NCBI GenBank assembly: GCA_951406725.2
Contig: OX597821.1
Span: 68,200,001-68,264,000, forward strand
Reading direction: 5' to 3'
From: Octopus vulgaris
Lineage: Eukaryota
Length of the DNA stretch: 64,000 nt
How positions within the stretch are numbered: position 1 is the stretch's first letter; the number at the start of each line of letters is the position of its first letter. The notes beneath the pieces were generated by a model. It saw nothing but the letters and a program-made list of their open reading frames with translations, ran no database searches and was not told the DNA's origin. Shown here piece after piece: positions 1-12,810 of this stretch. The position numbers and the translations under genes are program-made.

Positions 1-140
1 GTTCTTTCGTCTAAAACTATTCGTTAACATGGATGGCTGTTATGAGACTAAATATATATTTAATGTACAAATAATATATACACATACACACAACACACAT
101 ATATATACGTATATACGCGCAAACATATATTTTATATACA

Positions 141-357
141 TACGAGGGAATGCTGAAAATTCCTGGCTTTAAGGGTATCATGAAAGACCTGGATGTAGGC
201 CCATTCTACCGAGTTCTTTTACAGGGCTTAGAAAACTGAAGGACCGCTGCAATAAGTGAATGAATCTGAGAGGGGAATATGTTGAGTAAAATCATAATTA
301 ACAGATCCTCTGTATTTTCTTTTAACCAAAACCAGGAACTTTTCAGCACCCCTCATA
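141..357 (+). mobile_element. Mariner-derived MITE (internally deleted)
   Basis: Imperfect ~28-bp TIRs (cgagggaatgctgaaaattcctggcttt / aaaaccaggaacttttcagcacccctca) are flanked by TA. The interior translates as KLKDRCNK*MNLRGEYVE*, like a mariner transposase C-terminus. Confidence 0.8.
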
Positions 358-471
358 CACACACACATACACGTATACATGCATGCATACATACATACAT
401 GCATGCATGCATGCATGCATGCACGCATGCATACATGCATACATACATACATACATACATACATACATACA

Positions 472-505
<34 letters not shown>

Positions 506-967
506 CATACATACATACATGCATACATGCACGCATGCATACATACATACATACATACATACATACATACATACATACATACATACATACATACATACAT
601 ACATACATACATACATACATACATACATACATACATACATACATACATACATACATACATGCATGCATGCATGCACGCATGCATACATGCATACATACAT
701 ACATGCATACATACATACATATATACATACATACATACATACATGCATGCATGCACGCATGCATACATGCATATATACATACATACATACATACATACAT
801 ACATACATACATACATACATACGTATGTACATACATACATACATACATGCATGCACGCATACATACATACATACATACATACATACATACATAAATACAT
901 ACATACATACATACATACATACATACATACATACATACATACATACATACATACATACATACATACG
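358..967. repeat. (ATAC)n microsatellite with ATGC/ACGC variants
   Basis: About 600 bp of direct tetranucleotide repeat. It produces the MYVC/HTYI pseudo-ORFs. Confidence 0.98.
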
Positions 968-1605
968 TACATTTGTTTATCTAAAAAACCAGAAGTGGTC
1001 TCTTGGATACATTAATCTTCTAGTTTGAAACACTTTGCATTTGTTTGGTAATTTCTAGAAAGAAGAAGACTCACTCAGACAGGCACAGCGGGAGAAGTGC
1101 AATAAAGGAGCAAGAAAGAGAAAACAGATGGACAGGGGAGGGGAGAGAGGGGGACGGATAAAGAGAGAGTGAGAGAGATTGTGAGACGGACAAACAAGTC
1201 TCAAACGGCAAGCATTACAGAAAGAAGTGATGTACGGATAAGAAGAGGATAGCTGAGTGATAAAGACATGTGACTCCATTAACAATATCACACACTCACC
1301 ATCACGACGACTACCATTATCCACAAACCAGCCATTCTTTTGTTATACCATTATAACAATATAAAGTAACCCCATTTCGAGATACAAAACTGCCATCACA
1401 TCTTTCAACCATCGTCTCATATTTTTTTATTCAATGACATTTTTAACTTGTTCTTCTGTTTTATTTTATTTTATTTTTGTCGGGTGGTTGTTGTCATCAT
1501 TAGCGATATTTTTGTTTATGTTGTTGTTGACGTCGTTGGTGTTGTTGGCGTTGACGCTGTAAATATCCTTATTTTTGTTGCTGTCATTAATTAAGTCTCA
1601 TATTG

Positions 1606-1798
1606 AAGGCAACGTGCTGGCAGAGTCGTTAGCACGCCGGGCACAATGCTTAGCGGCATTTAGTCTGTCTTTACGTTCTGAGTTCAAATTCCACCGAGGT
1701 CGATTTTGCCATTCATCCTTCAAAGCTGAATACTGGGGTCGATGTAATCGACTTAATCTCTTCCCCCAAAATTTGAGGCCATGTACCACCAGTAGAAA
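1606..1798 (+). mobile_element. tRNA-derived SINE family A copy
   Basis: Head ggc..ctggcagagtcgttagcacgccggg, B-box gagttcaaattcc and body gaggtcga..ttgcc.ttcatcc, repeated more than 15 times in the window. Confidence 0.8.
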
Positions 1799-1814
1799 TT
1801 ATTATTATTATTAT

Positions 1815-1846
<32 letters not shown>

Positions 1847-1875
1847 TTTATGATTATTATTATTATTATTATTAT

Positions 1876-2170
1876 GGTTTGGATCAGGTCCGGTCTTATT
1901 CCTAGTAGGATTTGTGTGGGTAGTAGGTTATTACCAGTAACTTTAGGTATCCACAAGTTATCAGCAGTCTTTGAAGTGCTTAGAACCCTCCTAATAATCT
2001 TTGCTGTCCCTAAGAGACAAACTTTCTGTAGGAGCCCTGCAGAGCATTTTATTCCAATCTCCTTCAGCCATTTGTCCATATCTTTGCTTAGTGTTCCCAA
2101 CGCCCCAATTATTATAGGCACGAACGTTACTGTTCACATCCTCCAAATTCTCCCTATTTCACATTTTAGG
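1876..2170 (-). mobile_element. R4/Dong-like RLE non-LTR retrotransposon 3' fragment
   Basis: Translates as PIIIGALGTL...LQKVCLLGTAKIIRRVL, the C-terminus of RLE-clade ORFs. It abuts a (TAA)/(TAG)n tract. Confidence 0.8.
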
Positions 2171-2382
2171 GATTGCTTATTTTTTTGTTTTACGATGCTG
2201 GGATCAAACTGGCGTGATGGGCTGATAAGTAAGCATAATGGGCATAATGGGTCGATTATTATTATCATCATCATCATCATCATTATCATCATCATCATCA
2301 TAGACGGCGCACAGTATATAATATCGTGAGGTTTTTGATTGAAGCGGAGGTTTGTACTGTTTGTCAAGTCACAACAAGGACC

Positions 2383-2832
2383 TCAGATAGACAGTGCTGT
2401 ACACAATATGCGTGCGGTTCCAAGTAATGCCGACTTTTGCAATGCACCTAGATTGTAGGGCATCTCTAAGGTTTTCAGATTTTTTTTTTTTTCAGATTCG
2501 GTGGTATTGAACTCAATGCTTCGATGACAATAGGGATAACCTTTATGTTTGACTCTCGTAGCTGCCACATCTTAGCGATCTCAATTCTTAGGTCTCCATA
2601 TTTATCAACCTTTTCTCTTTGTTTCATAATGATATGTTGATCACATGGCACTGCCACGTCAATTATTAGGCACTTTTGTTTGTCCCTCCTAAAGATTACA
2701 ATATCCGACCTTCGGTGCTCTAATACCTTCTCTGTCTGAAAGCAAAAGCCCCAGAGGAATTTACCTGCCCCTTTTCGTCCATTACCTTTTTCCGATGTAT
2801 ATTGGTACCAAGCACCCGTAACCTCATATCCA
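2383..2832 (-). mobile_element. R4/Dong-like RLE endonuclease fragment (frameshifted)
   Basis: FQTEKVLEHRRSDIVIF..KCLIIDVAVP.D....K..EKVDKYGDL is a PD-(D/E)xK RLE motif, followed by LQKSALLGTARIL. The 5' truncation point is at (ATT)n. Confidence 0.85.
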
Positions 2833-2940
2833 TCATTATTATTATTATTATTAATACTTCGATACCTGACGTGATAAACCATTGACATGTACAGACAACG
2901 TTGATTTGATGGATGGGGTGAGCTTATGTACAGCATATAC

Positions 2941-3295
2941 AAATCGACTTTGCCATTCATCATTTCGCGATCGATAAAATAATTACCAGTTGAACACTGG
3001 TCCCAATGTAATCTACTTACCTTCTGCCCTAAAACTGCTGGCCTTGTGCCAAAATTTGAAGCCATTCTTAGGGGCTACTAGGATGGGAGAATGGCAAAAG
3101 TTGGCGTGCCAGAAGAAAGGCCTTGTGATATTTATTCAAGTTTTCTAACTACTGATTTCAAATCACGCCGAAGCCAACTTTGCCGTTCATATCTCCAGGG
3201 TCTATAAAGCAACAATGAATCATCGAGGATTCGATTTAACAGACAAATATCCTTTCTTCAAATCTGTTGTCCTTACGCACAAATCAAAAACAATT
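2941..3295 (+). mobile_element. Two partial/degenerate SINE family A copies
   Basis: tcgactttgccattcatc...gataaaataattaccagttgaacactgg body and ggccttgtgccaaaatttgaa tail. Confidence 0.65.
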
Positions 3296-3431
3296 ATTAG
3301 GAAATATATTTTCCATCATGTCTTTCCCTGTTTAACACATCAGAATGTGATGTGAAGGAGTCTCAGCTGATACCAAGTCAAGCGGTTTGAGCTGCTACTT
3401 TTATCAAGTCAAGCAGAGTCTTCCTCATTGA

Positions 3432-3894
3432 GGCATGATGCGTTTTGGCACAGGCGTTTTGGCGCCATCAATTTGGCGTTGTTGCTTCGACGCTGATATA
3501 TCTGACATTAGACGTTTTAATGTTTCTCCTCTCTCTCTCTCTCTCTCTCTTTCTTTTTCTCTCTTCTCTCCCCCTCTTTCTTTTTCTCACTTTCTCTCTC
3601 TCCCACTCTCTCTCTCTCTTTCTGTTTATGTGCTCGTGAGTGTTCGTTTAGGTGTGTGAAAATGTTTCTTTCTAGGTGAATGAGGAGGAGGAAATGTTTA
3701 TATCAATCGTGTTAAATAAATTGTGATGTCTCGTTCTCCCTCTTCTACTCCCCTTCTCTCTCTCTCTCTCTTTCACTTCCCCTATCTCTACGTGTATTCT
3801 TCCTTGCGCGTGCATGTGTATTTGCTTCCAGTGTCATAAATGTACTATCGCCAAATCGCCAGCATCTAAACAGCAGCGCCTAATGTCTCATTCC
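3432..3894. mobile_element. Possible MITE with subterminal short repeats
   Basis: Repeated (t)ttggcg units on the left, cgccaaa/cgcctaa units on the right, weak TIR similarity and a CT microsatellite inside. Confidence 0.35.
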
Positions 3895-4325
3895 GTTCTC
3901 ATTGGAACACATGCTTATTGCCGCTGTAATTACCATTTATGTTGATGGTGGCCGTGGTGGAAGAGAGTTGGTGGTGCCACTGCAGCTATTTTTTTGTTTT
4001 CTTTACTACAGGTTTCGTTAGCCATTTTTTTCATCTTGGCAGAGCAGTCAGTTTTTCTGCATTTCTTCACGGTTGTGCTCGATCTACCAATTTTCAGAGT
4101 TCAGCAAAATGACATTTGTTTCCCTCCTATCTTTTCACCCTGCCATTTTAATTCTTCAGATTATTCTTCACGACCTAGAGACGAGTTAATGAAGAGTGTT
4201 AGTATGTTCCACCACAACATATGAAAAACATTGGCATTCAAAATGAAACCAATAACATGTAAAGGAATATTGCAAATTGCACAAGATTTGAATTTGAAAT
4301 GTAAAGGGTCGTAACTGAATAACGG

Positions 4326-4731
4326 TTTCAAATTTTAGTACAAAGGCAGAAATTTCTGGCGTGCGGGTTAATCGATTACATCGACCTCTTCACTCAACTC
4401 CGAAAGAAAGCAATGCAAAGTTGAGCTCGGCAGAATTTGAACTCGAAACATAAAGACGGACTAAATGCATCTAAACATTTTGTTCGGCGTACAAACGATT
4501 CTGCCTGCTCGCCGCCTTTTTGGTTTCAAATTTTGGTATAAAGCCAACAAGTCCGTGCGAGGAAGTAAGTCAATTACATCAACCCCAGTGCTCAACTGGT
4601 ATCTATTTTATCGACTTCGAAAGGATGAAAGGCAAAGTCGACCACGGCGGAATTTGATCGTAGAACGTAAAATCAGAAGAAATGCCGCTAAGTATTTTTC
4701 CCGATACGGTAACGATTCTGCCAGCTCGCCG
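4326..4731 (-). mobile_element. Two adjacent SINE family A copies
   Basis: Two reverse-complement heads (attctgcctgctcgcc at ~4500 and attctgccagctcgcc at ~4720), each with body and tail. Confidence 0.8.
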
Positions 4732-7229
4732 TAACTAAAGAACGCAAGTTAATTTGTCGGTTGTTCAAACAAAGGTGCCACTTCTAATGACGAAGATACA
4801 AGAAGTGCAATCAAAGCAAAGAACAGAGTAAATCAAACCGAAACCTGTGGAATCTTTATCTATATCTATCGAACCAAAACCAAACCATCGTAAATTAAAT
4901 TACAAGTGGATATGTGAAAGAACATGGTGTAGAGAATTCTTAAGATGTAAATTTCGATTATTGTAAATATATAAGTTTTGAGTATGAGAATGAACTAAGA
5001 GTGAAAACGTTTAAAGAATTCAAATCGATCGGCTTTCTTGTTATGGATCAACAAAATGAATTCAAAAAAAGAATAAGAAAACATAATGATGAAGTAACAA
5101 CAATAACACAAACCACTAACAGGGCCTTCAGATATGTAGTGGAAAGAACCACAAGTATTGCTATTACCAAAGTAAATCAAATAATCAAGGCAAATAATCT
5201 ATGACTACTACAGACACAAAGGAAAGTGAGTACTTCTAAAAAAGAAAATGCATCTCATATATATTTCTATTTGCGAAATTTTGAGGAAGTAACCATTTTT
5301 CTTTGTTACTACTGTGGCTGTTCCAAAGATTATTTGATTTATTTGCAAGCAAACGACGTGGAAACCAAACATAGAGGAAAAGGTAGAAAATAAAACGAGA
5401 GATCCCTCAATCATTAATGAAATCAACAGAGAAAGAATACAAATGAATAAAAGCGAATGAGAGATACATAACTCCTGCAGAAATGCAACTTAATACGACA
5501 GAACAACACAACTCGAAATCAAAACGAAACATAAAAAATCTTCGTTAAATCTAAAGAAATCCAGCATTCGGAAAAATGACGAAACTGCTTTGCGCAAAAC
5601 AAAAACTCCGTTCTCGATCCAAAATTATTTTACCAAGACCCAGGTAAAACCGAAATAAGAAGTATGCAATTCTAAGAAAAGAAAAAGAAAAAAAATCCGT
5701 TTTTTTTTTTTTTTAGGATGAATAAGGACGGCAAAATTATCGACCGAGAAGAGGTTGTTAAAGGAAACAAGCGTGGGAAAAATTTTAAATCCCTAAATAA
5801 TCTTATGTTGCAAGAAAGCAAGCGATTTGAAGGCACCCAGAAACGTGTGGCTATGATATCTAACAGGTGCTCAAATGTACTTGCACAAATATTCTATGAT
5901 CAAAAGAAAAATGCTGAAATAAAACATTGAATGCCTCACCGAGTGGAAAATAATTTTAATCCCGAAAACCAAACTCGAAATACCACAATATTGCCGGCCC
6001 AAATATTCTAACTTTGAAAACTTTATATGCAATATTATCACAAAGGATAAATGCTTATCTGGGTCAAACAATGTATTTCCAGAAAATCAGAATGAATTTT
6101 GCAGTGTTATATGGAAGCAAGCATAAATACAATGGTCATAGAAGTCATGACTGAGGGTTGCTGAAGTTTAAGGAAGGGACTGAAAATGGTATAGACTTTA
6201 GTAGAAGGCGTTTGTTCGACAGTATCGATTCTAGAAGTATTAACCATGAGTAAGTTAATAAGAAGCTGGTACAGCAAACATGCCATGAATATATGGTAGA
6301 CAATTTTATGGATTCAACCAAAAGAGAGGAGAATCATTAGTGTGTCGAGCCAAATGTTTAACAGCCTTTCTTCCGGCTCTTTATGTTACAAGCTCGAATC
6401 CTGCTGAGGTCAGCTTTGCTATTCGTCATTTCGGATTAGTTAAAATAAAGTACAAGGTTCAACGTAATCGATTAATAACTTTTCACTAAAATTGCTGGCC
6501 TTGTGTAAAAATTTGAAACAGTCAATAAAGGTTTCTGTCTGTTTGTCTCTCTTTATCTCTCTCCCTCTCTCTTTCTCCCTCTTTCTCCCTTTCTCTAAGT
6601 CACTCCCTCACTATCTATCTATCTTTCTATCTATGTATCTCTTTCTCTCTCTCCTTTTATATCTGGAGCTGACACCTTTAACCTTTAAGCTAAACCAAAT
6701 TCGGTACAGATACCAGTGCTATTGTTATATACAATTGCTTGATAACTCACTGCCAGTATTTCTAGAATCAACTTTGGCGACGTGGTGAATACTGTGAAAC
6801 AAACACTTTCTGGTAAACAGTCTATGCCATTCTCAGTCCCGTCTTATGAGGTTTTGAGCAGTAATTCCTGCTTTCTTCCATATGATTCTTTGCAACACCC
6901 ATTCTGTTTTCTTTCCTTTCTTATTTTTCTGCAAATATATTGCTCACCCATTACACGTGTTTATTGTTAGAAATAATATTACTTTCAAATTTTGAAGGAG
7001 AGAAGGCTTGGGTTGCAATATTATGGGTTTGTTGTTTCTTTGGTCTTCTGGATTAAGATTATTGTCCCCGCAGTAAACCATTCACAGTTTATTTCAGGAT
7101 TTTCTCTGCAAATCATAGAATATATGTACAAGTGTTGTAGTACATGTTTTGTCTGATATTTTGTACGTGTATAACATGAAGTCGAATGTTTCTAAAGACA
7201 AGCAACTATAATCAGTATGCCTTGAATTT

Positions 7230-7740
7230 CGGTTTTGCAAAATGCTTCAAGGAAAATGGTTCAAAGAGAGAAATTAATAAAACTGCTAATATCATGTTAG
7301 ATAAGGAAACAGAGATAAATGAATTAGACCAAATACAGACTTAAAAATACTTAGGAATTAATGAGCTAGGTAGAATGTCACTCGTGTACAAGAAAAGGTT
7401 GGAAAGGAATATTATAGACGCATTTGATTAATATTTAAAACTTAGCTAAATGCCAAAAATAAAGGTGATAGATATCAATATTCTAGTTGTTTCAGTAATA
7501 AGTTATAGCTATAATATTCTCAACTGAAAGCTAAATGAATTAGCAAGACTAGACGAGAATATAAGAAAAATAATGACTGCATTTAGAATACAGCCAAAAC
7601 AAAAAGATTATATATTTATCTCGGACACAAGAAGAATTTATGGTCTTCTACAGCAATTAGAAAACTATTATAAAATATCTACTGTAGTATTCCAAAAGTA
7701 TTTGCTAAAGAATTAACATATACAAGTAGCCATAAAACAA
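7230..7740 (+). mobile_element. Highly decayed non-LTR RT C-terminal fragment (R4-like)
   Basis: Remnants read KYLGINE, LNAKNK..INILVVSVISYSY and LARLD..IRKIMT, with many stops. Confidence 0.5.
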
Positions 7741-7956
7741 TTTCGGGGTAAAAATAGCAACCAACTCATTTTCAAATGGTACCCTTAATGTCTCCGCTTG
7801 CTTTGATGATGTTCTACTAACAGGCAGAGTGCACTAGGAAGAATTTCTTGAGGCGACCAACGTCTCAGTCTTTGCAAAACTAATTTCTTATCCGAGCCAT
7901 GCAACCCTTGACTGTGAACCCATTCAGTGCATGCTGGAAATCACCTTCTAATGAAA

Positions 7957-8340
7957 GTGGGAGCTTGTGACTTAGTGGCTAGGAGCGTTGGATTTGTGAT
8001 CGTAAGATTATGGTTTCAATTCCTGGACCGGATAACGCGTTGTGTTCTTGAGCAAAGCGCATCATTTCACGTTGCTTCAGTTCTCTCAATAACGTCCTGT
8101 CTAGGTGGGGAATACATACGCCGTGAAACTGGGAAACCGGCCCTTATGAGTCGGCAAGACTCGGGAAAGAACAGTACTTTACTCGTCAAGGCGCATGGTT
8201 TAGTAGTTAGGGTGTTGGACTCATGATCGTAGGATTATGATTTCAATTTCTGGGTCAGGCAACACGTTGTGTTCTTGAGCAAAACACTTCATTTTACGTT
8301 GCTCCAATCCACTAAACTGGCAAAAATGAGTAATCCTGCG
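7957..8340 (+). mobile_element. Two tRNA-derived SINE family C copies (CORE-like body)
   Basis: Heads ggcgcatggtttagtagttagggtgttggactcatgatcg with A/B-box-like motifs, and body gttgtgttcttgagcaaaacacttcatttcacgttgctc. Confidence 0.75.
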
Positions 8341-8431
8341 ACGGCAGACGAAATACCGCTAAGCATATCGCTCGGCATGCTAACAATTCTGCCAGCTCGC
8401 CGCACAAGTTCATAAACCATCCCACCATATA

Positions 8432-8975
8432 CAGTAATGCCTCGATATACAAGTTAACTTTTTCCCAGAGACTGCTTGTAAAGCGAAAAATCGTAAAACA
8501 GAGCTTTAATTTCCGATAGTAGCAATGTTATAAATCGTATTTCGTTCCTAGAAAAATATTTTACCTGTAAAATTTATAATACTCGTAAATAAATGGCAAT
8601 AAAACAACAGTAGAACGTAAGGAATATTTTATGGAAAGTAAAAAGAATGTCAAGATCTTTTATAATAAAAAAAATATTATTATAATCGTTTTCTGAATCG
8701 CTTTCACTCACACTAGATTCGCACACATCATCATTTGTAGATACGATCACCGAATCACCGGTACTCGTAGACGGACTTGTAGTTTTCTTTTTAAAAAACA
8801 AGTTGAGAATTGTTTGCTTAGAAGAAGCTTTCTTTCGCCCTCTATAAATTTCTCGGTAATATGCAGAAGGATTTGTTATGGTAATACAAACTTTTGCACT
8901 TCGTTCAAAATTTGGAGCTCGTGCTTGAAAAATAAAACTCATAAACCCAGGGTCTCGTAAAGCGATATATTATTG
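8432..8975 (-). mobile_element. Tigger/pogo-like non-autonomous element
   Basis: TA-flanked imperfect TIRs (cagtaatgcctcgatatacaag / ctcgtaaagcgatatattattg). The interior YYREIYRGRKKASSKQTILNLFFKKK resembles a pogo/Tigger transposase C-terminal tail. Confidence 0.65.
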
Positions 8976-9006
8976 TATGCAAAAAAGCAATTATAATACA
9001 AGAAAA

Positions 9007-9630
9007 TGGAATGAACAGGCTTTGAACCAAATCACTATAATTGTTTCTGTGCATTAGTATCATTTGGTAATTGCTGAGTATTTCACATATTCTTTTCTAC
9101 TCTAGGCACAAGGCCCGAAATTTTGGAGGAGGGACCAGTCGATTAGATCGACCCAAATACACAACTGGTATTTAATTTATAGTCCCCGAAAGGATGAAAG
9201 ACAAAGTCGACCTCGGCGGAATTCGAACTCTGAACGTAAAGACAGACAAAATACCGCTAAGCATTTCGCCCGGTGTGCTAATGATTCTGCCAGCGCGGCG
9301 CCTTGAGTGCTTCACATATTATACTCATACTTACATTAATATAATCCAACGATATATGTGTGCCCGCACGTCTTCAGGTGAGAGGATGGATTCAAAAGGA
9401 TTGTTTTGTACCCATATTATATTTTTAGTTAAAAGTAGAATATGAATATAAAACAATAAGAAACTATAAGTGATCCAGCGAATTCACTCACCTGAAGACG
9501 TGGAGGTACATAGCTATTGTTGGATCATATTAATGCAAGAACGTGTATATGTGAAACACCCATTAATTACCAGATGATGCTAAAGAACAGAAGCAATTCT
9601 AGTGATTTGGATTAAAGCCTGTTCATTCCA
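9007..9630. repeat. Degenerate long inverted repeat (fold-back), left arm interrupted by a SINE
   Basis: 9007-9090 plus 9305-9393 are reverse-complementary to about 9470-9630. Confidence 0.8.
9092..9304 (-). mobile_element. SINE family A, full length, with TSD
   Basis: Complete head, body and tail. TSD gagtatttcacatatt (9076-9091) / gagtgcttcacatatt (9305-9320). Confidence 0.9.
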
Positions 9631-9734
9631 TCTGTTATAACTGTTTTGTATGAATTCTGCGGATTTTAACAGATTTCCACATATATATCCAGTAAAAGTT
9701 TTCCTGCTGTATGATAGCATATGGTAGCCGATAC

Positions 9735-9958
9735 TCGTGAAGGAGCTTTGTAAATTATACCTGTACTTGGAAATTATACCTGTATTTCAAAGGGCCATCC
9801 TTGTAACACTCTGTATCACGTTGAATCTCCCCGAGAACTACGTTAAGGGTACACGTGTCTGTGGAGTGCTCAGCCACTTACACGTTAATTTCACGAGCAG
9901 GCTGTTCCGTTGATCGGATCAACTGGAACCCTCTTCGTCGTAACCGACGGAGTGCCAC
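9735..9958 (+). mobile_element. SINE family C 3' part
   Basis: tatttcaaagggcca..gaatctcccc.agaactacgttaagggtacacgtgtctgtggagtgctcagccact matches 22640-22766. Confidence 0.7.
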
Positions 9959-10125
9959 GATATATATTCGTGCATACATACATACATACATAAATAGATA
10001 GGTATCTATTTATATATAGAACATAATATGTATAAATACATATATGTACATATGTATATATATATGTATACACACATACACACAAACACACACACACACA
10101 CACACACACATATATTCTTAAATAT

Positions 10126-10272
10126 ATTAGAGGGTAGTCGAAGCACCAGCTTCCTAGAGAGTGGAAGCAAAATCCTCCAACTTAACCTCTAATCTTACAG
10201 TAAGATTAGGGGTTAAGTTGGAGATTTTCAATTCCACTCTCTAGCAAGCTGGTGCGTCGCGTACTCTCTAAT
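10126..10272. repeat. ~147-bp imperfect palindrome (hairpin)
   Basis: The arms are reverse-complementary around the centre ctaatcttacagtaagattag. Confidence 0.9.
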
Positions 10273-10374
10273 GTAATTAAGAATTCATTGTATAGCTGTT
10301 TCATACTAATATCGCTTGCTGCCACTATTGTTATTGATATTATTAATGATCTAGATTTGCCCCTGGTGAGGATG

Positions 10375-10453
<79 letters not shown>

Positions 10454-10524
10454 TTATAAAAATATCTTTACGAATATTTATTTTGGATATTTATTTTTTA
10501 ATATTTACTCATTCTCATGTATGT

Positions 10525-10579
<55 letters not shown>

Positions 10580-10730
10580 AGTAAAAGCAATTAAGATTCA
10601 AATGACTTCCAATGAATTCACATGAATGCGGTACTTAACTTAGATGCACCAGAAATCTTTATGGTATTAACCATAAAATAATGTGGGGTGATTATAAACA
10701 AGAGAAAAAAGCAGCAAAAATGGATTAGCT

Positions 10731-10821
10731 TTTCAGTACAATTGTTTCATACGAAGAACAGCTTTATTAAAAGCTGCAAATATTGCAGCAAATACAAGTG
10801 TCCCGTACTCATCAGCCAAAA
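10731..10821 (-). ncRNA. Type I hammerhead ribozyme
   Basis: Minus strand reads ttttgg CTGATGA gtacg...cgtat GAAA caattg TA ctgaaa. The core is intact, helix II pairs, helix III is the palindrome CAATTG and the cleavage triplet is GUA. Confidence 0.8.
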
Positions 10822-10883
10822 CACATATGAGTTTTCCAAACATCCTGGGGGTGAGGCTACACTCATGAAGTATCGAAGAGAGT

Positions 10884-11354
10884 TCTATAAAAAGCAAATT
10901 TAGATTGTAAGCAGACTTCCAAAGTTCTCTAATGATGCACAGTTTTATAAAAGGTTTTAAAAAAGCTTGTTAGCTTCACAGAAAAGGTAAATCCATCTAT
11001 AATAATGTAGGTGTAATTTCCGGAGATATGAGGAGATATTTCATACTCAGAGACGATGAATTTATCCATAATAAAGTGGGTATAATTCCCTGATATATGA
11101 GAAGATGCCGATCACACTTCTGTTCATTTCACAAAACTACTATGCTGGAATCATAATGGCTAAAAGAATTTAGTAGAGCAGAAAAACCGTCCAAATAGGG
11201 CATTATGGGACAACTGAGAGGAGAGAGGTGTAAGTACACAACCTACACAACCTTTTCTGTGAAGCTAACAAGCTTTTTTAAAACCTTTTATAAAACTGTG
11301 CATCATTAGAGAACTTTGGAAGTCTGCTTACAATCTAAATTTGCTTTTTATAGA
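10884..11354. repeat. Apparently perfect 105-bp inverted repeat with ~260-bp spacer
   Basis: 10884-10988 is the reverse complement of 11250-11354. Confidence 0.95.
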
Positions 11355-12810
11355 GGAGGCTACAGCTACTGCAATGTCCTGATGCTACCTAACTTCTGCA
11401 AGGAGAAGCTTTGTAATAAATGTTTTTCCTGTCCCTCCAGGAGCATCGAGGAAGAAGATTCGTCCCTCGCGTTGGCGTACACTGTTAAGAATATTTCTGT
11501 AGGCCTGCAGCTGGTCCGCAAGTAATTTAGGCTCATTTTCAACAATGTACTTTGAAAGCGCTTGAGTGTCGTAGGTTGTTTCACGAATGACAGCAGTGGG
11601 AAGGCTATTTGACCCTGACCTGAATGCTTGTGGCAGGCCATGTGTCGACAGTTATTTTCCACCCAGTTTAGCAATTCTGTCTTCAATGTCAATGAGTGTT
11701 TTGTTATAGATTTCATTGCTGATACCCTCCATGTCAGGATAGAGCAGTTGAGCTTGGCGCTGAAAGTCTTCAGCCAGGTTGTCTCTATATTTGAGTCATA
11801 GAGTGGCCGGATCACACAGTTCGCATGCCTGTAGTAATACTGCAAATAGTGCCCTGAGACTTTTAGGTGATTGTGATAAAGCAGCCTCTCCTAAAGTTGC
11901 ATCCCATAGTGCACCATCTTCTAACAGACCTTGTCGATAACAGGCTTCTCTGTATGTTGTGCAGACATGTCCATGAACGGTTTTTAGGGCCTGGAAAGAC
12001 GTTGGCCCTCTAACCTCATGCAGTAGTAGACGAAGGTAGAAGCACCCTTGTTGAGTGGGATACACTATGTATACTCGCCCAAGGCAAATGTGAAACTTAA
12101 TGCCAGGGTATCCATGAACATTTGGCCCTGCTTTCCGTGGTGCCCATTTTTTTCCATTCCAAGTGTAGTACGATGGAATCTGTGGATACAGCAAGGTTTG
12201 AGCGAATGGATCCACTTGACAAAGCTTGAAGAATGCAGTGAGTGTGCTATCCCTTGGTTCTTCTGCCAACAGAGAAGCATTAGCATCGGTGAATTACACT
12301 CTTTGACCATTTTCCAGGTGCACTGCAAGCTGTTGAATGGCGGGGTGTCATCGGTGAATTGGAAAGCCAAAGATACTCCAGAAAGCATCGTTGCTACTTA
12401 TGTACTGTCCCACCTGATAATGCGTCACCTCATCCTGGCAGTATTCTTGTTGAAGTCCAAACATTGCAACGTCAGAACCCTTGTTTACATATTTGCAAAC
12501 GTACTTGATGGATTTAACGGAGTTGCAAAACTCAACGTTGATGTGGGCATTGAAAGTCTTTGACAGGAGTGGACAGTATGGAACAATCCATCTATTATCA
12601 ATATCGTGCTGTGAAACCTCCGTCTTCTGGTTTTCTGCGTCTGTATGATGGATACCCATCAGCACCTGTCTGAGTTTCTTGTAGGAACCTCCTGGGAAAT
12701 CTTTTTGAACATATGCTGTCCTTCAAGCATGGTGAGTTTATGTTGAATCCACGCCCACATGGACCATGTACCATATTTGCTTTAACTATTTCGTATAGTT
12801 CTTTGAAAAT
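11352..12810 (-). pseudogene. Helitron Rep/PIF1-helicase (RepHel) pseudogene
   Basis: Motifs MVHGPCG..SPC..CSKRFP..GYPSYRRR, IDNRWIVPY..AHINVE..SIKYVCKYVNKG (Rep catalytic tyrosines), FYLRLLL..V.GPTSF and Walker A FFLDAPGGTGKTF at ~11420-11460. Frameshifts and stops are present. Confidence 0.93.

Noticed and set aside
228-1028. Long ORFs (MYVC/HTYI repeats) here and in other microsatellites
   Set aside because: Translations of stop-free simple repeats in all frames, not genes.
3990-4224. Splice-acceptor-like site and 76-aa ORF
   Set aside because: No recognisable protein and no supporting exon structure.
5700-5930. Poly-T+AG splice acceptor followed by an ORF
   Set aside because: Downstream sequence looks like a decayed retrotransposon region with stops, and no donor site or host protein similarity is evident.
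11366-12563. Alternative-frame and antisense ORFs over the Helitron
   Set aside because: Shadow frames of the frameshifted RepHel pseudogene.
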